From positions 1 through 31,573 of the forward strand of contig DRGV01000054.1 in assembly GCA_011049955.1 (NCBI GenBank): DNA of 31,573 bases, in the 5' to 3' direction. Below are positions 1-9,379 of the stretch, piece by piece. A model generated the notes under the pieces. It was given only the letters and a program-made list of their open reading frames with translations, was not told the origin of the DNA and did not search any database. Position numbers and translations under genes: made by a program. The stretch comes from a bacterium. Lineage in GTDB: Bacteria > UBP18 > UBA7526. How positions within the stretch are numbered: position 1 is the first letter of the stretch; each line of letters starts with the position of its first letter.

Positions 1-681
1 AAGAGGGTAGTAAAAACTAAAGATAGAGAATATAAAGCGTCAGCCATAATTGTAGCCAGTGGCACTCAGCCTCGGAAACTAGGAATTTTAGGAGAAGACC
101 GGTTACTGGGCAAGGGAGTCTCCTACTGTGCCACTTGTGACGGCCCACTATTTAAGGGGCAAGATATTGTAGTTGTTGGAGGAGGAGACAGCGCAGTGGA
201 AGAGGTCCTATCCTTAACGAAATTCGCTAAAAAGGTAACCCTGATTCATCGCCGGGAGAGATTGAGAGCCACCAGGATATTACAGGAAAGGGCTCTGGCT
301 AATGAAAAAATAGAATTCGTCTGGGATTCAGTAGTGACAGAAATTCTGGGAAAAGAAGGAGTAGATGGGATCAGGGTGAAAAATAAAAAAACAGAAGAGG
401 AAAAGGAAATTCCTTGTACGGGGGTTTTCGTCTCGATAGGTATTGTCCCGGCTACCAAGTTCTTAAGAGGCTTAGTCGATATGGATAAGGAGGGATACAT
501 TCCGACTGATGAAAATATGAAGACCTCAGTAGATGGGGTCTATGCCTGTGGTGATTGCAGAAAGAAGCTTTTACGTCAGATAATCACCGCCTGTGGTGAA
601 GGAGCTTTAGCGGCCTTTGCTGCCACGAAGTATGTGGAAGAATTAAAGGGAATGGCTTACCCAGGAAATAGTGATCGGTGA
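1..681 (+). CDS. trxB: Thioredoxin-disulfide reductase, 5' end outside the window
   Basis: Frame 1 is open from base 1: ...GKGVSYCATCDG (redox CxxC), VVVGGGDSAVEE (NADPH-binding), GVYACGD, and TACGEGALAA at the C-terminus. Confidence 0.97.
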   Translation, partial: KRVVKTKDREYKASAIIVASGTQPRKLGILGEDRLLGKGVSYCATCDGPLFKGQDIVVVGGGDSAVEEVLSLTKFAKKVTLIHRRERLRATRILQERALANEKIEFVWDSVVTEILGKEGVDGIRVKNKKTEEEKEIPCTGVFVSIGIVPATKFLRGLVDMDKEGYIPTDENMKTSVDGVYACGDCRKKLLRQIITACGEGALAAFAATKYVEELKGMAYPGNSDR

Positions 682-880
682 ATCCCAAAGTAACCAGTAA
701 CCAGCGAACAGTGATCAGGAGAAAGTGGGAAAGTGAGCAGGTGAGAAAGTGAGAACAAAAGTTAACAAGGATGCAAGTTAATAAGAAAATAAGCGAATAA
801 GAGAATAAGGAAAAGGGACTTATTAACGTATTTACTTATTCTCGTATTAACTTATTAACGTATCAACTTGTCAACTAATT
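682..880. repeat. Stacked intergenic short-period repeats (agtaacc; gaaagtg(g/a)g; ttaataag/cttattaa hairpin)
   Basis: aagtaaccagtaaccag near 689. A 30-mer at 719-748 is the exact reverse complement of 13553-13582. Arms aataagagaataag and cttattctcgtatt are inverted. Confidence 0.85.
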
Positions 881-900
881 CTGAACGAAATGAGGAAAAG

Positions 901-1419
901 ATGAAACTAAAAAGAGGACTGGTTCAAGTCTATACTGGCAACGGAAAGGGAAAGACCACTGCTGCCTGGGGACAAGCAATGAGGGCCTCGGGCCAGGGAT
1001 TAAGAGTAGCCATCATTCAATTCTTTAAGGGAAAAGGATCGGGTGAAGTGAAAATAGCAAAGAAGCTTAATTTAAAGGTCCATTCCTTCTGTCCGGTCCA
1101 TCCTTTCTTTGGTGGAAAGAAGAAAAGGTTAGAAAAAGAGTGTCAAGAAGGTTTGACTTTTGCCAAAAAAACAATTATGAGCAAAAAGTATGATCTTATC
1201 ATTCTGGATGAGATAAATATCGCCCTGCGTGATAGGCTGATAGAAATAAACGAGGTCTTGGATTTAATAAAGAAGAAGCCGAAAGGGGTGGAATTAATCC
1301 TTACTGGAAGAGGAGCGCCAAAAAAGATAATAGAAACCGCAAACTTAGTAACCGAGATGAGGGAGATCAATCATCCCTATAAGAAAGGAATAAAAGGAAG
1401 GAGAGGAATTGAATACTGA
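901..1419 (+). CDS. cobO: Cob(I)alamin adenosyltransferase, CobO/BtuR family
   Basis: VQVYTGNGKGKTTAA P-loop, IIQFFKG, YDLIILDEINIA, ELILTGR, HPYKKGIKGRRGIEY. ATG at 901 is preferred to the TTG at 868. Confidence 0.93.
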   Translation: MKLKRGLVQVYTGNGKGKTTAAWGQAMRASGQGLRVAIIQFFKGKGSGEVKIAKKLNLKVHSFCPVHPFFGGKKKRLEKECQEGLTFAKKTIMSKKYDLIILDEINIALRDRLIEINEVLDLIKKKPKGVELILTGRGAPKKIIETANLVTEMREINHPYKKGIKGRRGIEY

Positions 1420-1503
1420 ATCACGGATTAGCACTGATTTGGGACACTGATTAGCACTGATTTAATCCGTGCTCATCCGTATTGTTATCCGTGCCCATCC
1501 GTG
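1420..1503. repeat. Imperfect palindrome of cacggat/ctgatt arms and atccgtg arms
   Basis: Left arm cacggattagcactgatt, right arm atccgtgctcatccgt...atccgtgcccatccgtg. 1422-1434 is the exact reverse complement of 9377-9389. Confidence 0.85.
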
Positions 1504-1524
1504 TTTGAAAAGGAGGGGAAAGAG

Positions 1525-1821
1525 ATGGCAGTGGTTGAAGTAAGTATTCTACCCTTAGGAACAGGAACCCCAAGCATGAGTAAATATGTGGCCGATGTCT
1601 TGAAGGTTCTAAAAGAGAGTAATTTGAAATACGAATTGACTGCAATGGGAACCATCATTGAAGGAGATTTGGATGAGGTCTTGAAGTGGATTAGGAAGAT
1701 GCACGAGGTCCCTTTCAAGGAAGGAATAAAGAGAGTAGTCACTACCATCGAGATCGATGATCGCAGAGACAAAGGGTTGACCATTGAAGGAAAGGTAAAG
1801 GCGGTAGAGAATAAAAAGTAA
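1525..1821 (+). CDS. MTH1187/YkoF-like thiamine-binding family protein
   Basis: [23 protein letters not shown]...[15 protein letters not shown]...[17 protein letters not shown] aggagg at 1511-1516, ATG at 1525. Confidence 0.88.
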   Translation: MAVVEVSILPLGTGTPSMSKYVADVLKVLKESNLKYELTAMGTIIEGDLDEVLKWIRKMHEVPFKEGIKRVVTTIEIDDRRDKGLTIEGKVKAVENKK

Positions 1822-1847
1822 CTTTAGTTACTTATCTTTATCAAATC

Positions 1848-1874
1848 AAAAGCCCCCGATTTGGGGGCTTTTTT
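1848..1874. terminator. Bidirectional intrinsic terminator between convergent genes
   Basis: aaaagccccc-gattt-gggggctttttt: GC stem flanked by A and T tracts. Confidence 0.85.
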
Positions 1875-1929
1875 GTCAGAAAAAAGGCCAAAAATGGCTA
1901 AAAGGGGGTCATTTTTGAGGTTTTTGGGC

Positions 1930-2790
1930 CTATTTTTTGAGCTTTTGGCGAAAAAAACAAGGTTCTTGAGCGAAGCGAAAGGCTTCCTTCTTTTTGGGCT
2001 TTTGCGGGCTCCTTTTGGTAATTTTGCCCAGAATTTCTTGCATTTCTAAGTGGATTTTTCCGTTTGAGGCTAATATCTCTTTTTCATAGATATCGAGTTT
2101 ATTTCCATTAAAATCGGTGACACTTCCTCCGGCTTCAGCAACAATGAGGCTTCCTGCTGCCACATCCCAGGGAACGAGTTGCTCCTCCCAGAAGCCATCG
2201 AAGCGGCCATTAGCAATATAACAGAGGTTTAAGGCCGCTGCTCCATCCCTCCTTATTCCTTGGGAGTTTACCATGAATTCTCTATAAATCTTGAGATATT
2301 CGTCTGCCCTTTCCCTTCTATCATAGGGGAAGCCAGTGGCTAAGAGGCTCTTATCCAATTTATTTATCTTAGAGACAGAGATTCTCCTTCCATTTAAAGT
2401 GGCTCCCCTCCCCTTCTCTGCTAAGAATAGTTCATCGGGAACTGGATCATAGACCACTCCCAATATGACTTCACTATCTTCTTCCAAAGCAATGGAGACG
2501 CAGTATCTGGGGTATTTATGGACATAGTTTGTCGTCCCATCTAAGGGATCGATAATCCACTTATATCGACTGCCCCTCTCCTCTATTCTTCTCTCCTCAG
2601 TCAGAATATCATGAGAAGGATACTTCTCCTTAATAATACTGAGGATTACCTGCTCTGCCATTCTATCGATATCTGTGACTAAACTTACCTTTCCTTTGTA
2701 ATCGATCCTTTTTATCCTACCCAGATTTTCTCTTAATATATTCCCGGCCTCTTTTACTGCTCTTATAGCAAGTTCCCTAAACTCTTTCAT
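1930..2790 (-). CDS. suhB: Inositol monophosphatase family protein, with a basic C-terminal extension
   Basis: [32 protein letters not shown] motifs. Overlaps the tsaD stop (ATGA). Confidence 0.93.
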   Translation of the reverse strand: MKEFRELAIRAVKEAGNILRENLGRIKRIDYKGKVSLVTDIDRMAEQVILSIIKEKYPSHDILTEERRIEERGSRYKWIIDPLDGTTNYVHKYPRYCVSIALEEDSEVILGVVYDPVPDELFLAEKGRGATLNGRRISVSKINKLDKSLLATGFPYDRRERADEYLKIYREFMVNSQGIRRDGAAALNLCYIANGRFDGFWEEQLVPWDVAAGSLIVAEAGGSVTDFNGNKLDIYEKEILASNGKIHLEMQEILGKITKRSPQKPKKKEAFRFAQEPCFFRQKLKK

Positions 2791-3914
2791 ACTGTTTTTC
2801 CTAAGCTGAGGTTAGCCACAGCATTCAACAATAGGTCTGACCTGATTCTCTCCTTTAGCTTATAATAACCACAGCAGGCGATCATGGCTGCATTATCTGT
2901 GCATAATTCTTCCCGTGGAAATATGAGTCTTATGTCTCTTGCTGTTGTTTCTTCTCTTAGTCTCTCTCTCAAACGGCTATTCGCAGCCACTCCCCCGGCC
3001 AAGACAATTCTTTCTACTCCCTTTATCTTCGCTGCCCTCAGGGTATTCTTGATAAGCATATCAACAATCGCTTCCTGGAAACTGGCCACAATATTGCATA
3101 GTAGCTTATTGCTCGTCGCCCATTTCGTTTGTCGCTTGTCGCCCGTCCCGATTTCATCGGGACTCTGTCGCTCGTCGTTTTTAAGCAACATGTGACTTGC
3201 GATTTGCGACCTGCGACCTGCGACCTGCGACCTGCGACCTGCGATGTAGTTGACAACTGCCGTTTTTATTCCACTGAAGGAGAAATCAAGCGTCTCTTTA
3301 GCCTTGAAGCAGGACCTGGGGAAGGAGATTGCTTTTGGATTCCCTTTCTTCGATAATGTGTCTATAATGGGCCCCCCTGGATAGCCTAATTTCAGGAACT
3401 TTGCTATCTTATCAAAGGCCTCTCCTGGTGCATCGTCCCTGGTTCTTCCCATTACCTCGTACTTTCCATGATCCTTAACATAGACCAAGTCTGAATGGCC
3501 ACCAGAGACGATTAATGCTAAGAAGGGAAACTTTAAGGAAGGATGTTCTAAGTAATTAGCATAGATATGGCCCTCCAAGTGATTGATACCTACAAAAGGG
3601 AGGTTATCAGCATAAGCAATAGCCTTTGCTGTAGAGAGACCGACTAACAATGCTCCTACCAGACCCGGACCATAGGTTACCGCTATCCCATCCAGATCAG
3701 AGAAACCAATCTTTGCTTCCGATAATGCCTCAGATATGACAGGATTTATTAATTCCAGGTGTTTCCGGGAAGCGATCTCAGGAACTACCCCCCAGAACTT
3801 CCTATGAATAGCAACCTGAGAAGCAATGACATTCGATAGAATCCTCTTGCCATCCTTCACTACCGATGCTGCCGTCTCATCACAAGAGGTCTCAATTCCT
3901 AAGATAAGCATCAC
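2787..3914 (-). CDS. tsaD: tRNA t6A synthesis protein TsaD, carrying a repeat-derived insertion
   Basis: [27 protein letters not shown] (HxxxH), [34 protein letters not shown]. Confidence 0.96.
   Translation of the reverse strand: MMLILGIETSCDETAASVVKDGKRILSNVIASQVAIHRKFWGVVPEIASRKHLELINPVISEALSEAKIGFSDLDGIAVTYGPGLVGALLVGLSTAKAIAYADNLPFVGINHLEGHIYANYLEHPSLKFPFLALIVSGGHSDLVYVKDHGKYEVMGRTRDDAPGEAFDKIAKFLKLGYPGGPIIDTLSKKGNPKAISFPRSCFKAKETLDFSFSGIKTAVVNYIAGRRSQVAGRRSQIASHMLLKNDERQSPDEIGTGDKRQTKWATSNKLLCNIVASFQEAIVDMLIKNTLRAAKIKGVERIVLAGGVAANSRLRERLREETTARDIRLIFPREELCTDNAAMIACCGYYKLKERIRSDLLLNAVANLSLGKTV
3097..3248. repeat. In-frame repeat/palindrome insertion in tsaD: gtcgc arms, a gtcccgat-ttc-atcgggac hairpin and a (ctgcgac)n array
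   Basis: Seven near-perfect heptamers at 3197-3245, encoding [13 protein letters not shown]. Confidence 0.9.
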
Positions 3915-3919
3915 ATCCC

Positions 3920-4110
3920 CCGAAGTAACCAGTAACCAGTTTACAGTAATCGAAAATTACAAGCACCAAGCACCAAATTACAAACAAATTCCAATTACCA
4001 AAATCATAATGACCAAAACAAAGAACTTGTAACGGGTTTTTGTTTGGAATTTCGGTCATTTGGTCATTGTATATTGTTTGTGATTTGTAATTTGGGATTT
4101 GGGATTTCAT
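3920..4110. repeat. Long imperfect palindrome of caaat/atttg heptamer arms
   Basis: 4048-4087 matches the reverse complement of 28404-28443 at 39 of 40 nt. Confidence 0.88.
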
Positions 4111-4116
4111 CCACAG

Positions 4117-5253
4117 CTATTCAAGTAATTCTGAAACCAGGACAAATTCTATTCCCTGGTTCTCCAACTCCGGAATGGCCTCTTTAATGGCTCGAATGGT
4201 GGGAAGATGGGGATGGCCGATGGCGATTGCCTGCCCCTCATTCAGGGCTATTTTAGCCAGAAGACGAATCTGTCCCTTGATGTAATCGAGATCGATCTCA
4301 TTATCTAAAAAGACGTTTCTCTTTCCACATTTAAGGCCGAGTTTCTTGGCTTCTCTATAAGCAACGGATTCGTCAGAGGTCTTACTATCTATGAAGAAGA
4401 GGTTTCTTTTCTTTAACTCTTTTAATATTAGATTTATGATTTCTTTATCTTCTGTCAGGCGGGAACCCATATGGTTATTCACTCCCTGAACGTAGGGAAT
4501 ACCAGAAAGATCCTGGGCGATTATCTTTGCTATCTCTCTTCGGGGAGTACTCATGAGAATGGCACCCTTTCCCGGGTCCTTATCTGAAGCCGGATATCCC
4601 TTTGGCTCCATAGGAAGATGAAGCATAACTAAAAAACCTCTTTTCTTTGCTTCTATAGCAGTATCTTTAGAATGGGGTAAAAATGGCAGGATGGAGAAGT
4701 TCAACGGACGATCCATAGCCAAGAGTTCCCTCGTTGTCCTTCCTCCCATCCCCAAGTCATCGATGATAATGGCTATCCTGGCTTTCGGTTGCTCTAAGAT
4801 GAGCGTCTGGATGGGAATCTTCCTCACCCCGATTTTCATGCTGAGAATTTTTTTTCCTTTAATTTCTCCCTCTTTGACCTTGATTATTCTTCCACCTTCT
4901 CTTTTTACTGCTTGGCTAACTGCCTTCTCATACTTCTTTAAAGACTCTTTAGGAGATATTCTTACCCTTTTTGTAATATGGGTCCACTCTATCTCTCCCT
5001 TCTTTCTCTTTTCCTTTTTCTTCTCGATAATGTCCTGGCGGCCTACTCCCAGTTCAGCCAGTCTCTCATCAATGGCGGAATCTATCTCCCTTGCCTTTGC
5101 CTCATAATCTATCCTCTTCAACCAGTCAAAGAGAGTTACCCTTCCCATCTGCTGATAATCAATCCAGAAACAGGCAAAGAGAAGTCCTAAAATAGCAATG
5201 ATAATTACTATCTTCAAAAATTTATACTTTTTTTCAATCATCCTTGACCCCAT
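4117..5253 (-). CDS. Divergent polysaccharide deacetylase family (YibQ-like), N-terminal membrane anchor
   Basis: IAIIIDDLG, VMLHLPMEP, GVNNHMGS, FFIDSKT, VFLDN, AIAIGHP. Usual position downstream of ctpA. Confidence 0.92.
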   Translation of the reverse strand: MGSRMIEKKYKFLKIVIIIAILGLLFACFWIDYQQMGRVTLFDWLKRIDYEAKAREIDSAIDERLAELGVGRQDIIEKKKEKRKKGEIEWTHITKRVRISPKESLKKYEKAVSQAVKREGGRIIKVKEGEIKGKKILSMKIGVRKIPIQTLILEQPKARIAIIIDDLGMGGRTTRELLAMDRPLNFSILPFLPHSKDTAIEAKKRGFLVMLHLPMEPKGYPASDKDPGKGAILMSTPRREIAKIIAQDLSGIPYVQGVNNHMGSRLTEDKEIINLILKELKKRNLFFIDSKTSDESVAYREAKKLGLKCGKRNVFLDNEIDLDYIKGQIRLLAKIALNEGQAIAIGHPHLPTIRAIKEAIPELENQGIEFVLVSELLE

Positions 5254-5279
5254 CGATAATTTCTACTAGTGCATTGGCT

Positions 5280-5353
5280 GGCGCTTCAAGCCTCAGGTCT
5301 CAGGCTGCAGGCGACAATAAAAAACTTGCAGCTTGAAGCTTGTAGCCGGAAGC
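5280..5353. repeat. Imperfect palindrome, (a/g)gc(c/t)t heptamer family
   Basis: gcttcaagc (5283-5291) pairs with gcttgaagc (5331-5339). Related elements at 12460-12565 and 27545-27606. Confidence 0.75.
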
Positions 5354-5358
5354 AGTTA

Positions 5359-6795
5359 CTATTTGCCTGCTTGGGCTAAGGTCCTATGGGAGAGCTCTTC
5401 TTTGATTACCTCTACTGCTTTCTGAAACTGGATATCTCCGTCCCTGGTAATCTCATAGGCTATTCTTTCTCCCAGGGCCTGCCTTGTTATAGCAATTCTC
5501 AACTCTCTCTTAATTTCAGGGGTCGCCGATTTCCACTCCTTCTCTTTAAGATCAAACTTCTTCTCTTTCAAGAACAAAGAAAACTCGTCCAGATACGCAA
5601 GCTTAACTCTGAATTCCTTATTTACATCAGGATGAATAAGGAGATACTTCTGGCTAAAACCTCTGAAGTATCCCTTGCTGGCGATCTTAGAGACTATCTT
5701 GGGAAGAGTGGGTAATTTCACTTCGATGTCCGGGTCGATTCCCTTTTCATCGATGTTCCTCCCTTTCGGGGTGAGGTAATAAGCGGTAGTAAGCCTCAAG
5801 CCTGAACCATCCTCTAAGGTCAATACGCTCTGTACCCTCGCCTTACCAAAGGACTTCTCTCCAATGATAGTCCCTCTCCCATAATCCTGAATAGCGCCGG
5901 CCACTACCTCAGAGGCAGAGGCACTCCCCTTATTGATGAGCACTACTAAGGGATAATCAGGATGGGGCACTTCACTTGAAAGATATTTCAAATTCTGAGA
6001 AGAGATTCTTCCCTCTGTGGAAACGATCAGACTATTCTTAGGGAGAAACTTATCACAGACTTCTACCGCCTCATTCAATAGCCCCCCGTGGTTATTGCGC
6101 AAATCAAGGATTAGGCCTTGCATCCCTTCTTTCTCTAATTCTTTTAGGGCTATTTCTAAATTTTTACCTGCCGACTTTTTGAATTCTCTGATTCGAATGT
6201 AGCCGATCTTATCCTCTGTCAGAAAAGAATAGGGAATGCTCTTTACTATGATTACGCCGCGGACGATAGTAAACTCCAAAGGTTCATCAATCCCTTCCCT
6301 TTCTATAGTTAAGACAACAGAGGTCCCCTTTTTACCTCTCATCTTTTTGACCGCATCCTGTAAGGTGATATCCTTGGTCGATTCTCCATCTATTTTTACA
6401 ATTCTATCTCCAGCCTGAATTCCGATCTCATATGCCGGAGTCCCCTCAATGGGGGAGACAACGGTGAGTTGCCCATCCCTTATCCAGATACTTATCCCCA
6501 ATCCCTCAAACTTCCCCTCTGTCTCAATCTGCATCTCCCTATAGGTCTCAGGGTCCATGAACTGAGAGTAGGGGTCTAAGGTCTTCATCATTCCCTTCAG
6601 GGCCCCGTAGATCAAGTCCCTGGTCTTCACTTCCTTAATATAGTTTGACTTGACCAGGGAGAGGACCTTGGAGAAGAGGCCAATATACTTATAGGTCTCC
6701 CTCCTCTCGTTTACCTTGCCAGATATTCCTCCCCCAACAATAAGGATCATTACAATTGTCAAAATTACAATCTTTATTCCATTCTTTCTCTTCAT
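5359..6795 (-). CDS. ctpA: C-terminal processing peptidase, S41A family, with PDZ domain
   Basis: LDPYSQF, GLGISI (PDZ), ILDLRNNHGG, GSASASEVVAGAIQD (catalytic Ser), FGK (Lys), LRLTTAYYLTP. RBS ggagg precedes the ATG at 6795. Confidence 0.94.
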   Translation of the reverse strand: MKRKNGIKIVILTIVMILIVGGGISGKVNERRETYKYIGLFSKVLSLVKSNYIKEVKTRDLIYGALKGMMKTLDPYSQFMDPETYREMQIETEGKFEGLGISIWIRDGQLTVVSPIEGTPAYEIGIQAGDRIVKIDGESTKDITLQDAVKKMRGKKGTSVVLTIEREGIDEPLEFTIVRGVIIVKSIPYSFLTEDKIGYIRIREFKKSAGKNLEIALKELEKEGMQGLILDLRNNHGGLLNEAVEVCDKFLPKNSLIVSTEGRISSQNLKYLSSEVPHPDYPLVVLINKGSASASEVVAGAIQDYGRGTIIGEKSFGKARVQSVLTLEDGSGLRLTTAYYLTPKGRNIDEKGIDPDIEVKLPTLPKIVSKIASKGYFRGFSQKYLLIHPDVNKEFRVKLAYLDEFSLFLKEKKFDLKEKEWKSATPEIKRELRIAITRQALGERIAYEITRDGDIQFQKAVEVIKEELSHRTLAQAGK

Positions 6796-6814
6796 CTTTA
6801 CCTCCATATAATAA

Positions 6815-7092
6815 AAGTTTATACGTTAATAAGTAAATACGTTTATGCGTTGATGCGTTAGACCCGTTAAACCCGTTGACCTGTTAAACCCGCTTCTTAT
6901 TCTTTACGGGCTAACCGGTATAACAGGCAAAACGGGCTCAACGTCCTTTGCATAACGCATTCCACATTTTTCATTGATCTTCTGCCCTTTCACCGTTTCC
7001 CCGTTTCTCCTTTTCTCCGCTTCTCACTTTCCCACCTGCCCACTTTCTTATTTTGAGCGAAGCGAAAAACAAGGTTCTGCTTTAGCAGGTTC
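6815..7092. repeat. Intergenic stack of repeats (tacgtt; aacccg/cgggc hairpin; ttccccgt and tttcccac; gagcgaagcg)
   Basis: aataagtaaatacgtt matches the reverse complement of sequence near 826-841. cctgtta/taacagg arms. ttttgagcgaagcgaaaaacaagg. Confidence 0.8.
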
Positions 7093-8307
7093 TTATTTTC
7101 TCAGCCAGTGCAAGGGATTTAAGGGGGCACCATCCTTTCTTATCTCAAAGTAAAGATAGGACCCTTTCTTTGAAGCCGTTTGGCCCACCTTACCAATCAA
7201 TTTTCCTCCTTCTACCTCCTGATTTTCTTTAACCAGGATGCTATCCAAGTGGGCATAGAGGGTATAATAACCTCCCCCATGAGCAATCATGACCATCTTT
7301 CCATATTCTCTTAAGCCTGGCTTCTGCGACCATTGGGCAAAGACTATGCTTCCCTTCGATACCGCCCACACCTCTGCTCCCTGAGGAGCCTTAATATCAA
7401 TCCCCTTATGAAAGGTATATGTCTTATACTGAGGATGTTGATGTTTTCCATAGGTCTTGGTTACCTGGTGGCTTATGGTCGGCCAGGGAAGGCGCCGCTT
7501 CTTCTGCCTGAAGGCTAAAGAGGCGAGCCGGGCCTGCTCTATAGTCTCCTTCTTCTTGACTTCCAGATTTCTAATCAGGGCCTCCAGTTCCTTTGAGGCC
7601 TTCTTGAGTTTTCTAACTCTTTTCTGATAGGCGATCCTTTCTTTCTCTGTCTTGGTTAAGAGCGTTTCCTTTACCCTCTTATTCTTCTCTATCTCGCCCT
7701 TTCTCTTTAAAGCTGTCTCTTTATAAGTAGTAATTCGTGTCCTTTTCTCCTCCAGACTCTTCTTCTCTCTTTCTATTCCCTTCTTTTTCTCTTCATCCCT
7801 GACTAACTCATCAGCATCGCAGGAGGCAGTAATATTCATAGATTTTTTCTGCAGAATCTTTTGAGAAAAATTGTGGGGATAAGGGAGGCTCTTTCTCTTA
7901 TAGATAATGATTAATCTTTCTCCCAGCGTACCCTGACTGGTTCTCAAGTTTTCGGTCGCCTCTCCTAAGTTCTCTTCCTTCTTCTCTAATTTTTTCTTGG
8001 TCTTCTTTAGGTTTTCGTCATAGATAATAATCTCTTTCTTCTTTACTTCCAAATGCTTCTTGATTTTATCCAGTTTAATACGGAGATTCCTTTCCTGAAT
8101 CCTTTTCTTCTCTAACTTCTTCTTCTCGGTGGTAAGTTCCTTCTTTGCTTTCGTCTTCTCTCTCTCCTTCTCCTGAATCTTTTTATCGTACTCCTTAATT
8201 TTCTCCTCATAAAGAGCGAAAGCAGAAACAGTAAACAGTGAACAGTGAACAGTGAACAACAAGATAAAAAGTAAGCCGTAAACCGTAAACCGTAAACCAT
8301 AAACCAT
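7093..8307 (-). CDS. envC: EnvC-like murein hydrolase activator: coiled coil plus M23/LytM domain
   Basis: Signal peptide, long K/E coiled coil, HKGIDI, YAHL, and YLYFEIR in place of HxH (degenerate, as in EnvC). Directly follows ftsX (TAGATG). Confidence 0.88.
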   Translation of the reverse strand: MVYGLRFTVYGLLFILLFTVHCSLFTVSAFALYEEKIKEYDKKIQEKEREKTKAKKELTTEKKKLEKKRIQERNLRIKLDKIKKHLEVKKKEIIIYDENLKKTKKKLEKKEENLGEATENLRTSQGTLGERLIIIYKRKSLPYPHNFSQKILQKKSMNITASCDADELVRDEEKKKGIEREKKSLEEKRTRITTYKETALKRKGEIEKNKRVKETLLTKTEKERIAYQKRVRKLKKASKELEALIRNLEVKKKETIEQARLASLAFRQKKRRLPWPTISHQVTKTYGKHQHPQYKTYTFHKGIDIKAPQGAEVWAVSKGSIVFAQWSQKPGLREYGKMVMIAHGGGYYTLYAHLDSILVKENQEVEGGKLIGKVGQTASKKGSYLYFEIRKDGAPLNPLHWLRK

Positions 8308-9093
8308 CTACTTAATTACCCGCCAGGAAAATAGGCTTCCCATCAAACCGAAGACTAAACCAGCACCTACTAGGCCCAAGGCCGTCTCTAAATTCATAAA
8401 TGAGATAGTCTCTACCCTCGAAATCAATAAGCGGTATATCCCATATAAAACGCCCAAGGCGAATAATGAGGTAAAGAGGCCCTGTAGGATTCCCTGGCCA
8501 AGGAAGCTTCCCCTTATCATCCAAATGCTTCTTTCCTTCTCCTTTAATCTCTCTATCTTCTCCTTCGGTAATGTTAGTCTAAAGAGAAGGGAGGCGACTA
8601 TTAAAAGTCCCAGGCCAAGAATAACTCCCGTAACGAGGCCAACCATCCGGAAAAGAGTAGTAGCCCTGAAGAGTTCCTCTGCCCCCCTCCCACCATAGTC
8701 TACCTCTTCAATCTCTGGATAGTCGGCTATTCTTTTTGAAATCTCTTTTATTACTCCTAACTTTCTCTCAGTCTTAACAAGTACGGAGGCCGGAAAGGGA
8801 TTCTCTCCTAAAATATCCATCTCTTTTTCCAGGGCTTCTTCCTTCAGAAATTTCTCCAGGGCCTCCTCTTTTGAAGTATAGATAATTTCTTCCACGTATT
8901 CCTCTCCCATTATCTTATCATATAACTTGTCTACCTCATCTGGACTAAGGTCTTCTTTTAAGAAGGCGACTATTGCCACCTCCTCTTCCCAAGCTGAGAT
9001 TACTTGGTCCATATTCTCTATTCCCACTAAAAAAACTCCCAGAATAATGAAAGAAATAAAGAGAGTCACTAAAAGTGACCAGTTTAACTTCAT
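8308..9093 (-). CDS. ftsX: Cell division permease FtsX, atypical
   Basis: TM1, periplasmic domain with V.YTSKEEALEKF...NPFPASV...IEEVDYG, then three further TM helices. RBS aggagg. Upstream of envC-ctpA. Confidence 0.85.
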   Translation of the reverse strand: MKLNWSLLVTLFISFIILGVFLVGIENMDQVISAWEEEVAIVAFLKEDLSPDEVDKLYDKIMGEEYVEEIIYTSKEEALEKFLKEEALEKEMDILGENPFPASVLVKTERKLGVIKEISKRIADYPEIEEVDYGGRGAEELFRATTLFRMVGLVTGVILGLGLLIVASLLFRLTLPKEKIERLKEKERSIWMIRGSFLGQGILQGLFTSLFALGVLYGIYRLLISRVETISFMNLETALGLVGAGLVFGLMGSLFSWRVIK

Positions 9094-9112
9094 CCCGTTA
9101 GACCTCCTAAAC

Positions 9113-9240
9113 GCTGATTGTCGCTAATATAGTGCACTGATTGCCGCTGATTTCAATTACGAAGGGTTAAAGGGGTTAGGCGGGGTAAGAGGGTTAAGGG
9201 GGTAAACCCCCTCTACCCTTTTAACCCTTTTCACCCCCGT
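9113..9240. repeat. ctgatt arm plus a gggtt/aaccc palindrome
   Basis: aagggttaaa (9162-9171) pairs with tttaaccctt (9220-9229). Central aggggg-taaa-ccccct at 9197-9212. Confidence 0.8.
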
Positions 9241-9257
9241 ACTATACATCTGCGTTT

Positions 9258-9286
9258 AGTATACCACGCCTCCGAAATAATGTCAA
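9258..9286 (-). promoter_or_regulatory. Sigma70-type promoter for the ftsX-envC-ctpA operon
   Basis: Minus strand TTGACA-N17-TATACT with a TG extended -10. Confidence 0.75.
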
Positions 9287-9350
9287 AAAAAGACGCCCCT
9301 GCCCCGTTGATAGCAAAGCTTATCTACGGGGGCTTTCCTGGGCGTCTTTT
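9287..9350 (-). terminator. Long terminator-like hairpin after the TolB-like gene, enclosing a ccccgt..acgggg palindrome
   Basis: aaaagacgccc ... gggcgtctttt outer stem, T-tract on the minus strand. Confidence 0.65.
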
Positions 9351-9379
9351 ATCCGTGCCAATCCGTTCTTTTATTCGTG

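Noticed and set aside
682-900. Cobalamin riboswitch before cobO; likewise TPP before the MTH1187 gene, Moco before moa/mog, and T-box/SAM before metG
   Set aside because: No conserved aptamer motifs are visible. These gaps are repeat-filled or only a few nt long.
3826-4110. ORFs 3826..4032 (+) and 3892..4110 (-), plus 3038..3256, 3129..3356 and 8112..8300
   Set aside because: These are translations of repeat DNA or alternate frames of repeat arrays. They have no family motifs.
7093-7300. Degenerate M23 site as pseudogenisation
   Set aside because: Loss of the HxH zinc ligands is the normal state of EnvC activators.
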